A DNA stretch of 60,384 bases, filler included. It is 5 parts of 5 records of this genome, joined end to end, with 100 filler letters (N's around TTAATTAATTAA, not from the genome) between each part and the next. Parts side by side here need not be neighbours in the genome. Positions count along the whole stretch, not along the records: positions 37,747 to 54,305 come from DRR378314_735; 4 more parts are not named here. The stretch is one strand, 5' to 3'. The notes below the pieces were generated by a model that worked only from the letters and a program-made list of their open reading frames with translations, had not been told where the DNA came from and searched no databases. Positions 38,319 through 52,142 of this stretch are shown one piece after another. The translations under genes and the position numbers were made by a program. Positions within the stretch are counted from its first letter, which is position 1. Every line of letters begins with the position of its first letter.

Positions 38319-41300
38319 CGTTGCTCAGCCGCAAGCGGCAATCGGTATCACAGCAAGCGCGCTGCAGTGATGAACCAATGGCGGTATCGCACTGCTCGTC
38401 ACCGGATACGACACCGTCACCACACGACGAGCATGAGCTGTTCGCAGGGCACGCTGCAGCGGTGGCGCACGTGCCGTTCGGCATCAGAGCCAGCGGATGG
38501 TCGCATGCGGTGCAGTTGGTGGGCCCGGGCCCACGGCAGGCCAAACATGACGAGTCGCACGTTTCGCACGACAGCGTCGCCTCGCTGCCACTTCCCGACC
38601 AATTGGCATACAGGCCCGCGCGACACTCTTCGCAGTGCAGGCCACGGCGCGAAAACGAGCACGAGCAGATACCGTCCTCACCAATTGTTCCGCCACTGTT
38701 GCACGTGTTGGCGTTCGTTAGATTGCACGAGCGTCCCGCATATCCCGACTTGCAAAAGCAGGAGCCCGCCCCGGCGCTACACGACGTGTTCACTGACCCA
38801 GCTGTGTCGCATCCGCACGCCTCGCAGACATGAGGGTCGAATCCGAGCGCCGGCGCCAGCCCCATTGCGGCGCGCGTCGCGTTTGTCGGCACAAAATACC
38901 CTGCCGCACACGACTCGCACTCGCTCCCGCTGTGCCCAGACGCGCACCCTACTGCGACGCGGGCGGCGGTGCGCGCAGTGACATTCTCCGCTGACGCCGC
39001 AGGCGACGCAAGCAGCTGCGGCAGTGCAAGCAAGATATCCGCGGTGGCATTCGACGGAAGCCCTCCACTTCCCACCGAAAACGGGCCAAAGATGACGCGT
39101 ACCGAATCCGCAGCCGTCAGTATTGCAACGGCCGACTGCGCCGCAGGCAGTCCCAGGATGACTGCGCTGTAATTCCCCGCCGCACTTTCGTTCAGTCCCG
39201 CACCGGCCGCCGTTCCTACGGCCGGGTTTCGAATCAGTCTAGCAGAAACATTCTGCACAACAATTGGCAGTATTGTCCCGCGGAGGGACGTCGGCTCGAG
39301 CAACTCGGCCTCAAGGCCGCTCTCCGGAGTCAATGCGCTCGGGAAAGTGACAGCTAGAGACGTCTCATTGCGCCATCCTTCGCCGCCCGTTTCGAAGCCG
39401 ACGAGAAAGGCAACGTTTGCCGCATCCGCAGTGGCATTGGTAACGCCTGCAGTCGCATTAGCTAAAAGACCGACGGAGCACGGCGGAAGACCCATTGCAG
39501 CGGCGGCCGACGCGTTGACGGGGTACGGACACGGAATCGTCGCGCCGTTGCCGCGCAGATCCACCGTCGCACCACGCGCGATCAGGTCCGCAAACGAAGA
39601 CGGCATCGATGTGAAAGCATTGTAGCTGAGATTGAGTAGCGGAGCACCGGGAAGGGTGCCCAAGGATTCCGGTAATGGGCCGCTTAGTGAATTCAGCGAC
39701 AAGTCCAACGAGAGCATGCGCGTCCAATTCCCCACGTCTTCCGGAATGGACCCGGAGAGCGCATTCTCGCTCAGGTCCAGCGAAAAGAGGTGCTGCAGCG
39801 ACCCGAGCGCGCTAGGGAGAGCGCCGTGTAGCGAAGTATTGCGCAGCATCAGAGTTCCTAGGTTGCGCGCATTCGAAACGGACGCATCAAGCGAGGCGTT
39901 GAGCGGATTATCCGAGAAATCAAAGAGCGACAAACCCATGGCGCCATGGCCAAACACCAGCGGCCCGTTGTGCTGTAGAAAATTGCGCCGCACCCGCACA
40001 AATCCAACTGACGACGAGTTTGTGAGAGCACCCGAGATCGCTCCACTCAGTTGACAGTCATCGGCCTCGATCAGCGTCAGGTGCGACGGGAACGCAGTCG
40101 GCAGCGCGCCACCGAGAAGCGCGTTGCCGCTCAAGCGCAGCGTTCGCAGCGACAGCATGCTCGCAAACGACGCCGGAAGCGATTCGTTGAGTGCGTTTCG
40201 GCGAATGTCAAGCTCGGAAACATGCTCGAGCGAGAGCAGCGATGCGGGCAGCCCCCCAGATATCGCATTGTCGCTGAGTGTAAGCAGCCGCAGAAGCGGC
40301 GCGCTCGCAAACGCGTCAGGCAGCGGCCCGGAAAACGAGCACGCGCTCATGTCCACGGAGCGCAGATCCGACTTGTTCGCGAAAAACGCCGCCGGGATCG
40401 GCCCGCCAAGCAGCGGATTCCTGCGCACGGAAAACGTATCAAGCGCTGCAAGCAGCCCAAATTCCGCGGGAAGCGTTCCGGTGAAATTGTTGCTCGACAG
40501 AGAAATCTCGGTAACGTTGGTCCAGTTTGCGATTCCGGCGCCGGAGAGCGCGCCGGTGAGGTTGTTCGATCCGAGCCCGACGTATGTCAGCTGGCGCATC
40601 GCAAAGAGAGACTCCGGAATCTCGCCGCTGAATTCATTCCCTTCCAAATGGAGCTCCGTCAACTTGCCAAGCGAGCCCAGCGACGCGGGAATCGGACCCG
40701 AAAGCCTGTTGTGTCCGAGTCGCAGCGACTGCAAGAGCGGCGTCGCGTCGAACCTGTCCGGCAGCGCGCCGGAGAACTCGTTATCTTCCAGCCATAGTAC
40801 GTGGAGGAACCGAGCGTCAAAGAGCGCGGCGGGTATCGTTCCATTCAATTTGTTGCCGTGCAGGAACACAGTCGACAGGTGTGTCAGGTTCCCCATCGCC
40901 GTAGGAAGCGGCCCCGCGAGGTTGTTCGCAGGAAGCGCAAGCGACGACACCGCATCGCCGAGACACCCTACGCCGCGATACGGATACAGCTCCGAGCACG
41001 GGTTCTGCGACGTGTCCCACGTGCGCCTCCACGCAGGCCCGCCCGTCGCGTTGTACAGCGCTACGAGAGCCTCCTTTTCAATCACGGTCGCACAGCTTTC
41101 CGACGAATTATCGCTCTCGCAGGGCAAGTGCTCGTACGTTTCCATGATCTGGAACCCGGCTTCGGTCACAACCGCCATTTGCACCCGGAATTCCGGCGTC
41201 GCAAACGTTGTCGCTGCAAACACATCGGTGACTACAACCGTTACATTGGCCGTCCGCGCAGGTACTGTCGGGTCGAGCGCAAGCGTGCGCACGCGAGCAT

Positions 41301-44300
41301 CTGCATCGCGCACGGCCGCTCGCCCACCTGTGCGCCCGCCTGCGCCCGTACCGCTGCTCTGCGTGCGCAGCGGTCGCATGGCATCACCAGTACGCGTTCT
41401 CGTCGAGGCGAACTCCGCGTTGGCCCTGGCTCCGCCGTCCAGCGCCATCACGGCAGCACGCTCCCCGGCCGGCTTTGCGATCGCCTGGGCCGACGCGCCG
41501 CTGCGGAATGCGCTGATAACGTGATTGGATACCAAAGGAGTCCCAAACGAGCCCGGAATGTTTGCGACAGGGTAGATGCGTGACGTCGGCTGGTACGTGT
41601 ACCCGATGGGAAGTACAATGCGCAAGCCGGCGCTCCCCGATATCGCTTCCTCGGGCGTAAACGAAATCGTCACATTCGCTACGCTCAGCCCGCTGGGAAG
41701 CGTGACATTCAAGTGCACGTCACCCAGCAGCGCCACCGAGCACTCGTCCAGGTGCAGCGAGTCGGAATCGTTTCGGAAAAACGGATACGGACACGCGAGG
41801 TCGTTCTCACGCAGATCTACGTACGTGTTTCGTGCCGCGAGCGCAGAAATGTTGGTAGGATACACGGTAAAGGAATTGTCCGACAGGTCCAGGATTCGCA
41901 GCGACGGCAGCTGCGTTACCGCGTCTGGAATCACGCCGCTCAGCTGCGCATCAGAGAGTCGCAGGTCCTCCAACGCCTGCAGCTGCACGAGGCGCTCGTC
42001 AAAACCGCCCCCGAGGTTGACGCTGCTCACGCGCAGCGTCGTGAGGGCCGACATACTGTACACAGTGTCTGTAAGCCCGCCGTAGATCGCGGTCGCGCTG
42101 GCATCTAAAAGTGTTAGGTTCCCCAGGCGCGCCATCGAGGCCGAAAACGAGGCATTGTAGCGTGCGTTGCTGCTCAGATCCAGCTCCGAGAGCGCACGCA
42201 GTGTCCCATACCGCACCCCATACGCGCCGGAGAACGAGTTGTGCGACGCGTTTACATGCTGAAGAGCAGGCGCGTCCCCGAGCCACACGAGAAAGTCGTC
42301 GTTGTTGAAGCCATTGCGCTGCACGCGGAGCGTGCTCAGCGACGTCCACGCGGAAACCCCGGGCAGTCGATTCGTGAACGAGTTGTTCGAGACGTCAAGC
42401 GATGTGAGACGAACGCACGAGTGCAGGTCAGAAGGCAGCGACCCGCTGATTGCATTGTCGGAAAGATTCAGGCGCTCCAGCGCGGGGAGTCGCCCAAACA
42501 CGCCGTATGGGATCGAACCCGTAAGCCCGCGCGCGCTCAGCTCCAAGTCCGAGACCCGACTCCCGTTGCACGTCACCCCCTGCCATTCCTCGCATGCGTA
42601 CCCGGTGAGCTCGTTCGATCCATCCGGCGTGGGCCACGTGTTCTTCCAGTGTGCCCCGTCGAGCGCCACGTAAAACTCGCGCAGCGCGTCGTACTCGGAC
42701 GCGTAGAGGCACGGCTTAATGACAGTATCAGGAAATCCGGTTCGCTTGCATATCCCGCCTGCAGCGCACAAGCAGCTACTCGCGCGGCCGCACGCAGTGT
42801 TGGCGTTCGCGAACGCGTCCGCGGGACATGTCGTCGAATCCCCTGGACAGAGCTCTGCTACATCACACTCGCTCGTAGCGGCTCGGCACACCGTCGTATT
42901 CGACGCAAACTGGCACGAGCCTGTGCAGCACGGCGACGCCGAGTCGCACGCCTCGGTGCCGCTGACAATACCGTCGCCGCACACGCACCCGCGCGCGCTG
43001 AGCGCTGACGACGAGCTCACCGATGTTGTCCACACGCTCGCATTCCGCCCCACAGAGCCACTTCGAGATACGCTGGTCCCGATCAGCACATCGCTCGTCA
43101 GCGCCAAGCCTCCGCCGAGTTCCAGCTCGTCCGTGCGGTTCTCGCCGCTTGGCGCAACCAGGCCCGCCACGCTGATGGCAGCGCCGCTACCGCCATCCCC
43201 CACCGTAACGTCGCCCAAAACGACGACCGCAGTCGACGGATCCAGCACTCCCCCGCCTCCAGCAGACGCCCCTACTATACTAAACGCAATGCGAGAGCCC
43301 ACAACGTATGAGACCAGCGAGTCGCTGGCAACAGCTGCGCCGGCAGGCAACCCTGTAGGCCTGCCCACTCCGCCACGCCGCTCGTAGCCGACCACGGCTC
43401 CAGAACCGGCGGACGCGTTCGCAACAAACACCGAGAGGAAGCCGTCAAACGTCGCCGCAGGCCCCGATGGGAGCGATGTATCCGAGCTGTCCCATCCAAT
43501 ACTGCGCGTACTCAGCACAACACCCGTAGATCCGTTGTTCACAAGGGTGGCGCCGATGCCAAACACCTTGAGCGATGCAACTGCGTCGCTCTCGAGCGAG
43601 GTGCTTTCCGCGACGATCGACGCGCTCAACGGCCCACCGCTCGTCCACGGCGAGCCAACACCACCGCTCCGCGACCACGCGTATACCCTTCCAACGCCAC
43701 CCGCGGCAGTAACCATCGCGCCGGTCGCAGGCGCTCCGGCAATGGCGCGCCCGTTGCGGAGCGCTGCAACAGAGCCCCAGCACGGGTCTGCGCCGTGAGG
43801 GCTGGACAACGTCGATGAGAGAGTCCACGCCACCGTGCCGTCCGCAATGGTTTCCGACTCTGGTACATGCGAGCTGCGGCCACTCGACGGGATCCGTCCC
43901 ACCGTCCCGGATAGCACTGCAAGCGTCCCCGCATAGCCAGCGAGCACCTCGACGGAATCGCCGTCAAACGCAAGCGATGCCGGAGCGCCAGCCGTGCGCA
44001 CCAGTGCACAAGCCTCCGCGGACGCCGACGAGGATACTGCAATCGTTGCCTCGACCTCCCAGCCAACCGCGAGCGCGCTGCTTGCTCCCTCACGCTGCTG
44101 CCGGAAGATTTCTACCTGGGCCGCAGCGCCACTGCGCGCGGTGAGCGCCACAATGCGGAGGCCCGCGGCAGTGGATGCCACTGCCACACGCGCAGCCGTT
44201 ACGTTGCCGCTGCCATCAACAGCCGTCGTGTTGCCAGGAAGCGATACAGGAACCATGGAGCGCAACGTCGCATCCCACGCCCACACCTGCACGGAAGGCT

Positions 44301-47300
44301 GTCCCGACGCAGCCCCCACCACCGCTGCAGCAACCAGCTCGCGGCTCCCTACTGCCGACGCAGCAACAGGGACACCCGTTTCCGCATCCGTCCCGCTCGC
44401 CGCGTTTGCGGTTGTATTCCACGAAACGCGCGTTGTGCACCATGGAAGTGCCGCCGTAGCGCACACGAGCGTGCCGCACCCGCCCGTAGGCTGGCCAAGC
44501 GCCATCGCGTACGCCGCATACGTGCTGTTGTGCACAGCCACGACCACCGCACCGTTCCCATTCGGCGCAAGCACGCCGCGACGCGCAAAGCCCACCGAGC
44601 TCGCAAACTGCAGATGCTCGGATTCGAGCTCAAGAACGCTCACCAGCGAGCCCTGTGAATTCACTGCTGCTGCGCGCCGCCCATACACAACAAACGCCGT
44701 GCCCGAGCCATCGACGCCGATCACGGCAGTTGTCAGGGTACCTGCGGGCATCACACCGGCGGTACGGAACTTGCCCGCTGTACTGCCGCTGACAGCTTCG
44801 CGACGCAGCGCACCGTCGCTCTCCATCAGATACAGGAAGCCGTCGTCGCTGAGAGCAACCTCCCCGACAATCGACACGCCGACGCCTGATCGTGTAATGT
44901 TAGCTTGTCTCGTCGTCAGTCGCACGTCGTACACCACACGATCCCCTGTGGCCATCTTGAGTACAGCCACCTCGGAGTGCGGAACGCCTCCAACTACGAC
45001 TGGTGATCGCTCTGGAGAAACGCCATCAAGAACTCCCGTGAGTGTCGCCACCGTCGAGCCGTCATATGAATTGAGCGCATACGCTTTTCGATTGGTACAT
45101 TGTATCAGTACCAGCGACCTAGGACCAAGAGCAGGCGGAGTGCAACGCACCCCGGCACCCGCAACAAACTGCCAGATCAGCGAAGAGTTCGTCGTCGAGT
45201 ACGCGCTCACAGAAACATAGGTCGCCACATACACGACCGTAGAGTCCGCCCCTCCTACCGCGCTTCCCCAAGGAGTCCCGTCCAGCGCAACCACAACCGA
45301 TGATGTATTCGCACTCCACGACAAGACTGGCGATACGGAACGGGCAATGACTAGCTTTACTGTGCTTGTCACTGCGGCAACTGCGCCGTCCGCAAGCACC
45401 GTTGGAGTACTGGTTAATCCCGCCCCGATACCCACGCCAGGCATCTGAATGGTGGACGCTGTTCCGTTCGGGAAAATGCGCGATAAATACTTCGAGAATA
45501 CATACATGACCGTGCCGTCTGCGGCAACAACGAATCCACCTCCTACGCCAGTGAGCGCCACCTCCTTGGCCTGCCCAGTCCCCACGGCGTCTTCCCGATC
45601 AACTACCGCAGCCGCAACCACAGCAGCTGGAACTCCGTTGCAGTCCGCAGTGCACAGCGCAGGCTGCACCATAGGCGCAAACGAGTTCTGTCCCGCACGA
45701 CCCAGCCTTCCGGGCCACACTGCCTGCGTCACGCGCGCAGCTACGATCGTGTTCGCACTACCGACATGCTTTCCGGTAATCACCGCGTCGCCGTCGGCAA
45801 GCGGGACCACAGCGGCATTGCCCGCCACGTGCCCAGCGGTGTCACCGGCCGCAAGCGTCCAACGCGCAGTCCCGTTGAACGCATCAATACCGTGCACTGA
45901 TCCACTCGAGTCCACCACGTACAGAACACCGGTGAGTCCTACCGTTGGGGGCGCGCTCAGAGTGCGCCCGCTCGCTTGCGCGCCGGCAGAGAGCACCGAT
46001 GCATTCCACGCTGTGAAACTTGCCCCGTTCGCAGACACCACTTCGGCAGAAACAGCGCCAGTCCGACGAACCACCACGAACGCTCCCGCTCCCGTCCGCA
46101 CCCCGCGCACATACCCGATTTGCGCGTGCGCGCCGGCAAGCCCTGCAGTCCCCACTGGAATAGGTGACACAGCAGCAGCCGTAACGGCAGCTTCTGTGGC
46201 ATTTGCCTCGGTCGCATTCACAAGAAACAGCGCCATCGCACCGTTACCGCCGTCGTCGGGCGGCGTTCCGCGCAGCACAGCAGCCAACCCGTCGTCACCC
46301 AGCGTGAGCGTCGCTGTGGCATTTGTTTCATCTACACCAGCAAACGTCGGCGCCAAGCTCGTGTTGCGCAACGGCGTCACAGTGCAAGCCTCGTCACTTA
46401 GATTCGCTCGATAGAGCATGGAGCGACCGAGGATGAGCAAAGCGCCGTCGGGTGTGGCCAACAGAGATCGGGGGCCGTCCGGAGCGCTGGCGGCGCAGTA
46501 CTGCAGCACCGCACCGTTGCTAGCATCTACGATCGCAACGGTGTCGTTGCCGCGCGTGTGCACCGCCACAGCGATACCGCGCGTCGTATTCAGAAGAGCA
46601 AGGCCGCCGCGCGCCCCTTCGTCGATCCCACCAATAGGACTGTCGCTGGACATCGGCATCAAGCTGCCATCCCCCATCGTTGTGACTGGCAGCGATACCG
46701 TTTCCGCCAGGTCCTCCGTGTCATTCAGACCGATGCGCAGTGACCACCGCGGAACAAAGGCAGATCCTATGAGATCGAGTGCAACTACGCTACCGCCGGC
46801 CACAGCAAACACCGTTCCATTTGCGCCAACTGCGATATGTCCGACACGCTGAGCCCCCTCTCCAAAGTCGTACTCGGCTAGCCGCGTTCCGTTATCTGGA
46901 TCAATTGCGACAAGCTTGGCATTTTCCGATTCGCCGCCATGCACAGGGACGAGCAGTGTGCCATTCGCTCCTACAACACTGCTGGCGTCAATGTATCGCT
47001 CGCCACTCGACGCATACGCCCAGAGTATTTCTGGAAACGCGTCAAACGTCGCCGTGCGCAGCTGTGGCCCCTGCGCAATGCCTGTGAGGTTCGCTGATGC
47101 CATGACTCGCGGAAACGTTTGGTTGGCCAACAGCAGCGACGTATCCTGAAATGCGCCGCACGAGCCTGAACAAGAGCAGGCATGCGAGAAGGAAGCACAC
47201 GAGGCCGCCATACAAGGCGTGTAAGAAAAGGTAGCGTGGCAATAGCTCTTCGGCGCAGCGTTTCCTGCCCCAATGAAGTAAGAATTATACACGTGCGCGT

Positions 47301-47472
47301 GCGTAACGACCATTCTGCCATTGCATTGCCGTGAAAGGCACTTGCACGACGCAGGACAGCCGATGCTGAGAGAGAAGAATTGGCCGCGCCGGGCGCACCG
47401 CCGCGCGTGCGCTCTGCCCCGCCAATCGAGCATGCTCGCCCACAGTCGCAAACGGAGCGCCTTGGCTTGCAC
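37747..47472 (-). CDS. Giant extracellular mosaic protein (PQQ/FG-GAP-like propellers, disintegrin, two plant-type LRR blocks, laminin-EGF/furin-like, disintegrin repeats); 3'-partial, true start uncertain
   Basis: About 9.7 kb open frame; LxGxIPxxLxxLxxLxxLxLxxNxLxG repeats with EKEALVALYNATGG caps; CGDGIVSGTEACD...CDVAELCPGDSTTCPAD; many N-x-S/T sequons. Confidence 0.85.
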
Positions 47473-50400
47473 GCTAACATCGCAAAAGCTGCAGTACGTA
47501 CAAACAATGCTATGCTAATACTCTTGCACGTGTTTTGTGCATCGCAGTGTAGGATTCGGGTTGCTGCTGTATAATACGTGCGTAGGGGCACGAGCGCACT
47601 CTGGGCAGCGCTCTGGGACCGCCAGAAGGTTTTCAGCTGCGGGGGGGGGAAACGCAGCTTGCCATACGCAAAGCCTTGGCAGCATCCCCTTGCTACCACT
47701 CTACAACACCGACCCGCCGCTCGAGGTTCGGAAATGCCTCGAGTACGTAACATCAAACGGTAGACAGAATTGTGAAAGTAGAGCACAAAGATCAGCCGCG
47801 GTGGCAGCCCAAAGTTCCGACAGCACTACCCGGCAAGCGCGCTCGCGTGCCTTTGACGCGCAAGAACTGCCACGCGTGCCCAAACCCGGTCCACAACCGT
47901 CTCCGCCCATACCCTCAAAGTACGAAGGCCGTGGCCACAGCACCGCAGAAATGGTCCCAGGAGAATTTCTTTCCTCTTGCGATACTTCTGATCTGAACTA
48001 AACTCGCTCGCATCTCCACTCCATGTAGAAACGGGCGTGTGAAAGCACAAGGGCTTGGGGCGCCCACGACCGTACAAACCACCACGCGCGCCCTTACGTA
48101 AGGTTGCGCGACCGTTGCGCGGTCCAGACGCAGGCTGCGCGCATTGCCTCTTCCCACTGGACCTGGCATGGCCGTTGACGGAGAGCGCTATTCACTACGT
48201 TTTCGTTCCTTTGTCGGGCACGCTTCCCACTGCGAGAGGCGCAGACCCGGCGGCGACGGCTGCGTTGCACGTGACCAACGGGCGCCGCACGACAGGCAAA
48301 GCGTGCCATCGGCGTGCACGCAAGCACCGCGCTCCGACAGGGCGGCTACGCGTGCGCAGAAAACACGCGAAACAAAGCGCCAGCACTGTGCTCGCCACGC
48401 ATCCCTCGTACCTAATATGATGAGAATCCACAACAGCGCCGCCATTCTGGCGTGGCGCCTGGTGCGCGTCGGTGACATGTCCCGTTGGCGAAGAACTGGA
48501 GCAAGACGCGCACGAGCCCCGAAGGTTCCGCAGAATCGCGAAGCACCGCAGAATCCTTGGCGCAACACTGCGTTAACCTGAGAAATAAATACGCAGCCTC
48601 GACCGACCAAAATCACGGATCGTCGCACCTACACACAGAAAAGGTAAATTGTAGGCATATTACACAACGTAGAGTTTGAAGGATTGTCTCGGTAAGCCCG
48701 ACGTGAATGCAGGAGCTGAGACGTTTGGCACGTGAGCGTGTGGGCGTAGGCGCTCACGCCCGCGGGAAGGGGCCTTGACGTGCGCCACAAACGAACGCGA
48801 CCAGCGAGAAGCAGCAAGACAAAATACAAACGCACAAGCCCCAGCCCACGTTCCGGAGGTAGGAGTAGACTCTCTTTCTTTCTCTACGCCCAGGTGCATG
48901 CGCAGAGACGATTTCCGAAATGCGGGCGGGAGCTCCGGTAACCGGCGCTCAGTGTGCTGCCGAACGAGCCAGCTCGCACGCAGGTCGCGCGCGCGCGCGA
49001 CATACTTGGCTCGACACACACGAGCGCACGAGGATGCGCGGCGGCCTTTTCCCCCTCCTTTTGGCACCTGTGGCAGACTGTATCCGCGCGCGGCCTCCGC
49101 GCAGCGTCCCCCGCGCGAGCGCACATGGACCCAACTACGCGTGCCCGTGGCAGTACATGAAAGAATCTCCTGAAGCTCCATGGCGACGCAGTTGTACATG
49201 CGAGCCGCCTTCGTGGCTAAACGTTCGCCAAAGGCTTCAGCGCAACAGCTGTGCGCCAGGGTGGAGAAGCTCGCACTGCGTGGCAGTGCTGGCACCGGCG
49301 CCTCGCGCGCGCGGAACGTGCCGCCATTGACGCTCCCTTCACACGCTGCGATGCCCTCCTGTAGCTTCTGAATCACTTGCAGGCGGGCCCGTACGCCACA
49401 GCTTGCACCAAGCTCGTCTACTTCGGGAGGACCTCCAACCCTTTGCCGTTTGTTTGACGCGTGCGGAGACAGAGCAGCGGTAAACGCAGCTGGCAAGAGC
49501 AACCGCGCGAGCCAGCGTCTGCGCTCTCACGAAAGGAGGTGCCCCAACGTACCGCCACGCAGCGCCTCGGTCTGTCCCGAGGAAAAAATCTTGCAATGCC
49601 CAAAACGCGCGCAAGCTGCCAGACCAGCTCGTGAACCGACGGAGCGGCTGCTTGAGTGCGCACTGCATTGCGGAACCTAGTCCTGCCAGCCCTGGCTCGG
49701 CAGGCGGCCCGCGACACGCTACAATGAGAGGCAGCAGCAGGTGCTGCACAGGCGCACGGCGCCGTGCTCTTACACCACCCCGGCCCTGCTCAGCCTCTAC
49801 CCAGCACATCCAGCCGCACGAGGATAGAAGCATACGCATGCGTTCATATTTGCACATCAGCGATGGGGTGAACGATCCAGGTGCACTCTTCAACGGAAAG
49901 TAGCTCCAAAAATTTAGGGATGCATCAGCAAAAGCGCAGCAGCCACGCAGCACTGCGCGGACTCGTCGCTCTGCAGCCACACGCACATGCCACGCGCGAC
50001 GGAGCCATTAGTCAAACGCTACCCAGTGTGGCCACAGAAAAATTGGAAATTTATGCTGCCTATGCGTTGCAAAGGACGCAGCCTCCCGGGCAAAGCACCG
50101 AGCAAATTTTGTACGCGCACGCGCCCTGATCGAGCACCGCTATGCGTTGTTGTTTCTGACAAACAGCGCACGCGTTCAGCAGCCTGCGCAGCGTAGGAAC
50201 GAGGTCGCCCCTAGTCTCTACCGGCACACCTTGCCCATGTGCGCGCTTGCCCAACGGCTGGTTCAACCGAACCCCCGACAGGCTGCACTGTAGCCGAGCG
50301 CACAGCAACGGACCCCAAGCTCGACGTGCGCCGTGCCAGCGCAGCCGTTCCGATCGGCAGCTGATTACAAAAGCGTTTATTCTCCCATACGACCTCGCTC

Positions 50401-51206
50401 GAAGATTCATTTTGCAAAGTATGCAGAAAACAGGCGAGCCAGGAGCCCAGCAGCCACTTGACACGCAGCGCAAAAACTGAACCCCAGCACAGCGCAGAGG
50501 CAGCAGAACGGGAACCGCAACCTCAGCACGTGCGGCTGCCACGCGCTCTGGGCGGGCCTAAGTTTGGCCACGGTTGCTACTACCAGCCACGCCCTCGTTC
50601 TCCCGCACTCCCTTCAGAGTTTACCACTGTCTACCTATATCCACAATATGCTTCGAAAGGACGCGCACACATACAAGTGCCGGGGCCAACCTAAGGCACC
50701 GACAAGCAAGCGCAGCTGCAGTTGCTCCGGGCTTATCCGAGCTGCGCTGCAATAAACTGTGCAATGCCTCGGACGCAACGCCCGCCACATGCTGCCCGGC
50801 GGTCTCGCCTGTTCGCAGCAATGGTCCTGATCCATCTCAAGAGCCAGGTTCCGATGCTGACCTCGAGTGTATTGGATACGCAACCCTGCAAAATTATACG
50901 GTGGTCGTAAAACGGACCTTGGTGTCCCCGCAGCGTCCCAAGGCAAGGATGGGGGCGAAACAAGCAGCACAACTGGCGGTCGCCGCAAAAGCACAGCCAA
51001 CGTGTGCCAATCGAAGCACGGCGTTCACAGTTTCTGCAGAAACGTCAGCCTTGCCCCGAAACTCACGCTGATCCCTCCCTTTCCTTTGCGCGCTGGCCTA
51101 TCGCATGGAATACTGCTCATAAATCTACAGCTACAGGCAAGACATCTTTTGTCGCGCTCGACTCGATGCCGCCCTGAGACGGTGGCGACGCGCCGCGGAC
51201 TGCACG

Positions 51207-52142
51207 CTACAGCGACTCCCGCCGCTCGCGCTCGTGGTGCAGCGCAAACGGGGTTGCAGCGCGCCGTGCGCGCGACGAGGGCGGGCTCGCCCACGGGCGC
51301 GCGGCCACGCTGCCACCGCTCCCCTCTGTGCGCGACACTGTTCCCGCGCTCAAAGGAACAGGGACGCATAATCCTGGTCGCGCGTCCACTGGTATCGATC
51401 GGCATGCGTGTACAAGATTGCGTTGCGCCATACGCCGAAGATCCGCAAGCTGGTAGCGGCCAGCGAGGAGGTACGCCTCGGCGAGAACGTCAAGCAGCGC
51501 CTCCCAGTCCCGGAGCGCAGCGTACGCAGACGACGCAAAGAGCAGCGCCGACGCAATGGCGCGTGCGTCAGGCACCTCGCGCGCGACACGCTCCCACTCC
51601 AAAAAGTAGCGCACAGCCTCCTCAGGAGCCTGCATACACAGATTGATTTCGCCAAGGCTCCGGCATGCACGCTGCAGCCACGTGCGATCGGGGATGCCAG
51701 CCGCGACCTCGCGCGCTGCCAGCGCTTCGCGCATCGCCTGTCCCAGCTCGCCGCTCCCCTTTCGTAGCGCGCTCAGGTTCAGCCGCGCAACGCACGCGTA
51801 CGGACGCAGACGGTCGCTCGACGCGACCACAGCCAGCTGCTCAAAAGCTTTGCACGCGTCGTGGCTCGCCCCATTTCGCCATGCCACACATCCGGCCTCG
51901 TTTAACAGCGAACATGCTTTACTCGTGTCGCTGCTTTGGTGCGCGGCGTGCGCCGCTGCCATGAAAAAGCCGTACGCGTGCTGGAGGTCCCCCCTCAGCT
52001 CGTGCGCGCGCGCCTGCGACTCGGCCGACACTGCAGCTGCTGCTGCGCTTGCCGCCACTGCGGCTGCAGCTGCGGACGACGCGGAAGGACCGGCTCCAGC
52101 GCCCACTGCTCTGCGCCCTGGACTCTGCTCAGTTTCCCCCAT
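51207..52142 (-). CDS. TPR-like helical repeat protein (probably first exon; 3' extent uncertain)
   Basis: Ala-rich N-terminus, then TPR-like units (ARLNLSALRKGSGELGQA, RACRSLGEINLCMQAPEEAVRYF). Confidence 0.55.
   Translation of the reverse strand: MGETEQSPGRRAVGAGAGPSASSAAAAAVAASAAAAAVSAESQARAHELRGDLQHAYGFFMAAAHAAHQSSDTSKACSLLNEAGCVAWRNGASHDACKAFEQLAVVASSDRLRPYACVARLNLSALRKGSGELGQAMREALAAREVAAGIPDRTWLQRACRSLGEINLCMQAPEEAVRYFLEWERVAREVPDARAIASALLFASSAYAALRDWEALLDVLAEAYLLAGRYQLADLRRMAQRNLVHACRSIPVDARPGLCVPVPLSAGTVSRTEGSGGSVAARPWASPPSSRARRAATPFALHHERERRESL

Noticed and set aside
47500-51200. Many overlapping short ORFs in eukaryotic DNA (also 36100-37646 and 52200-53500)
   Set aside because: No recognisable domains or consistent exon chain; may hide exons I cannot resolve.
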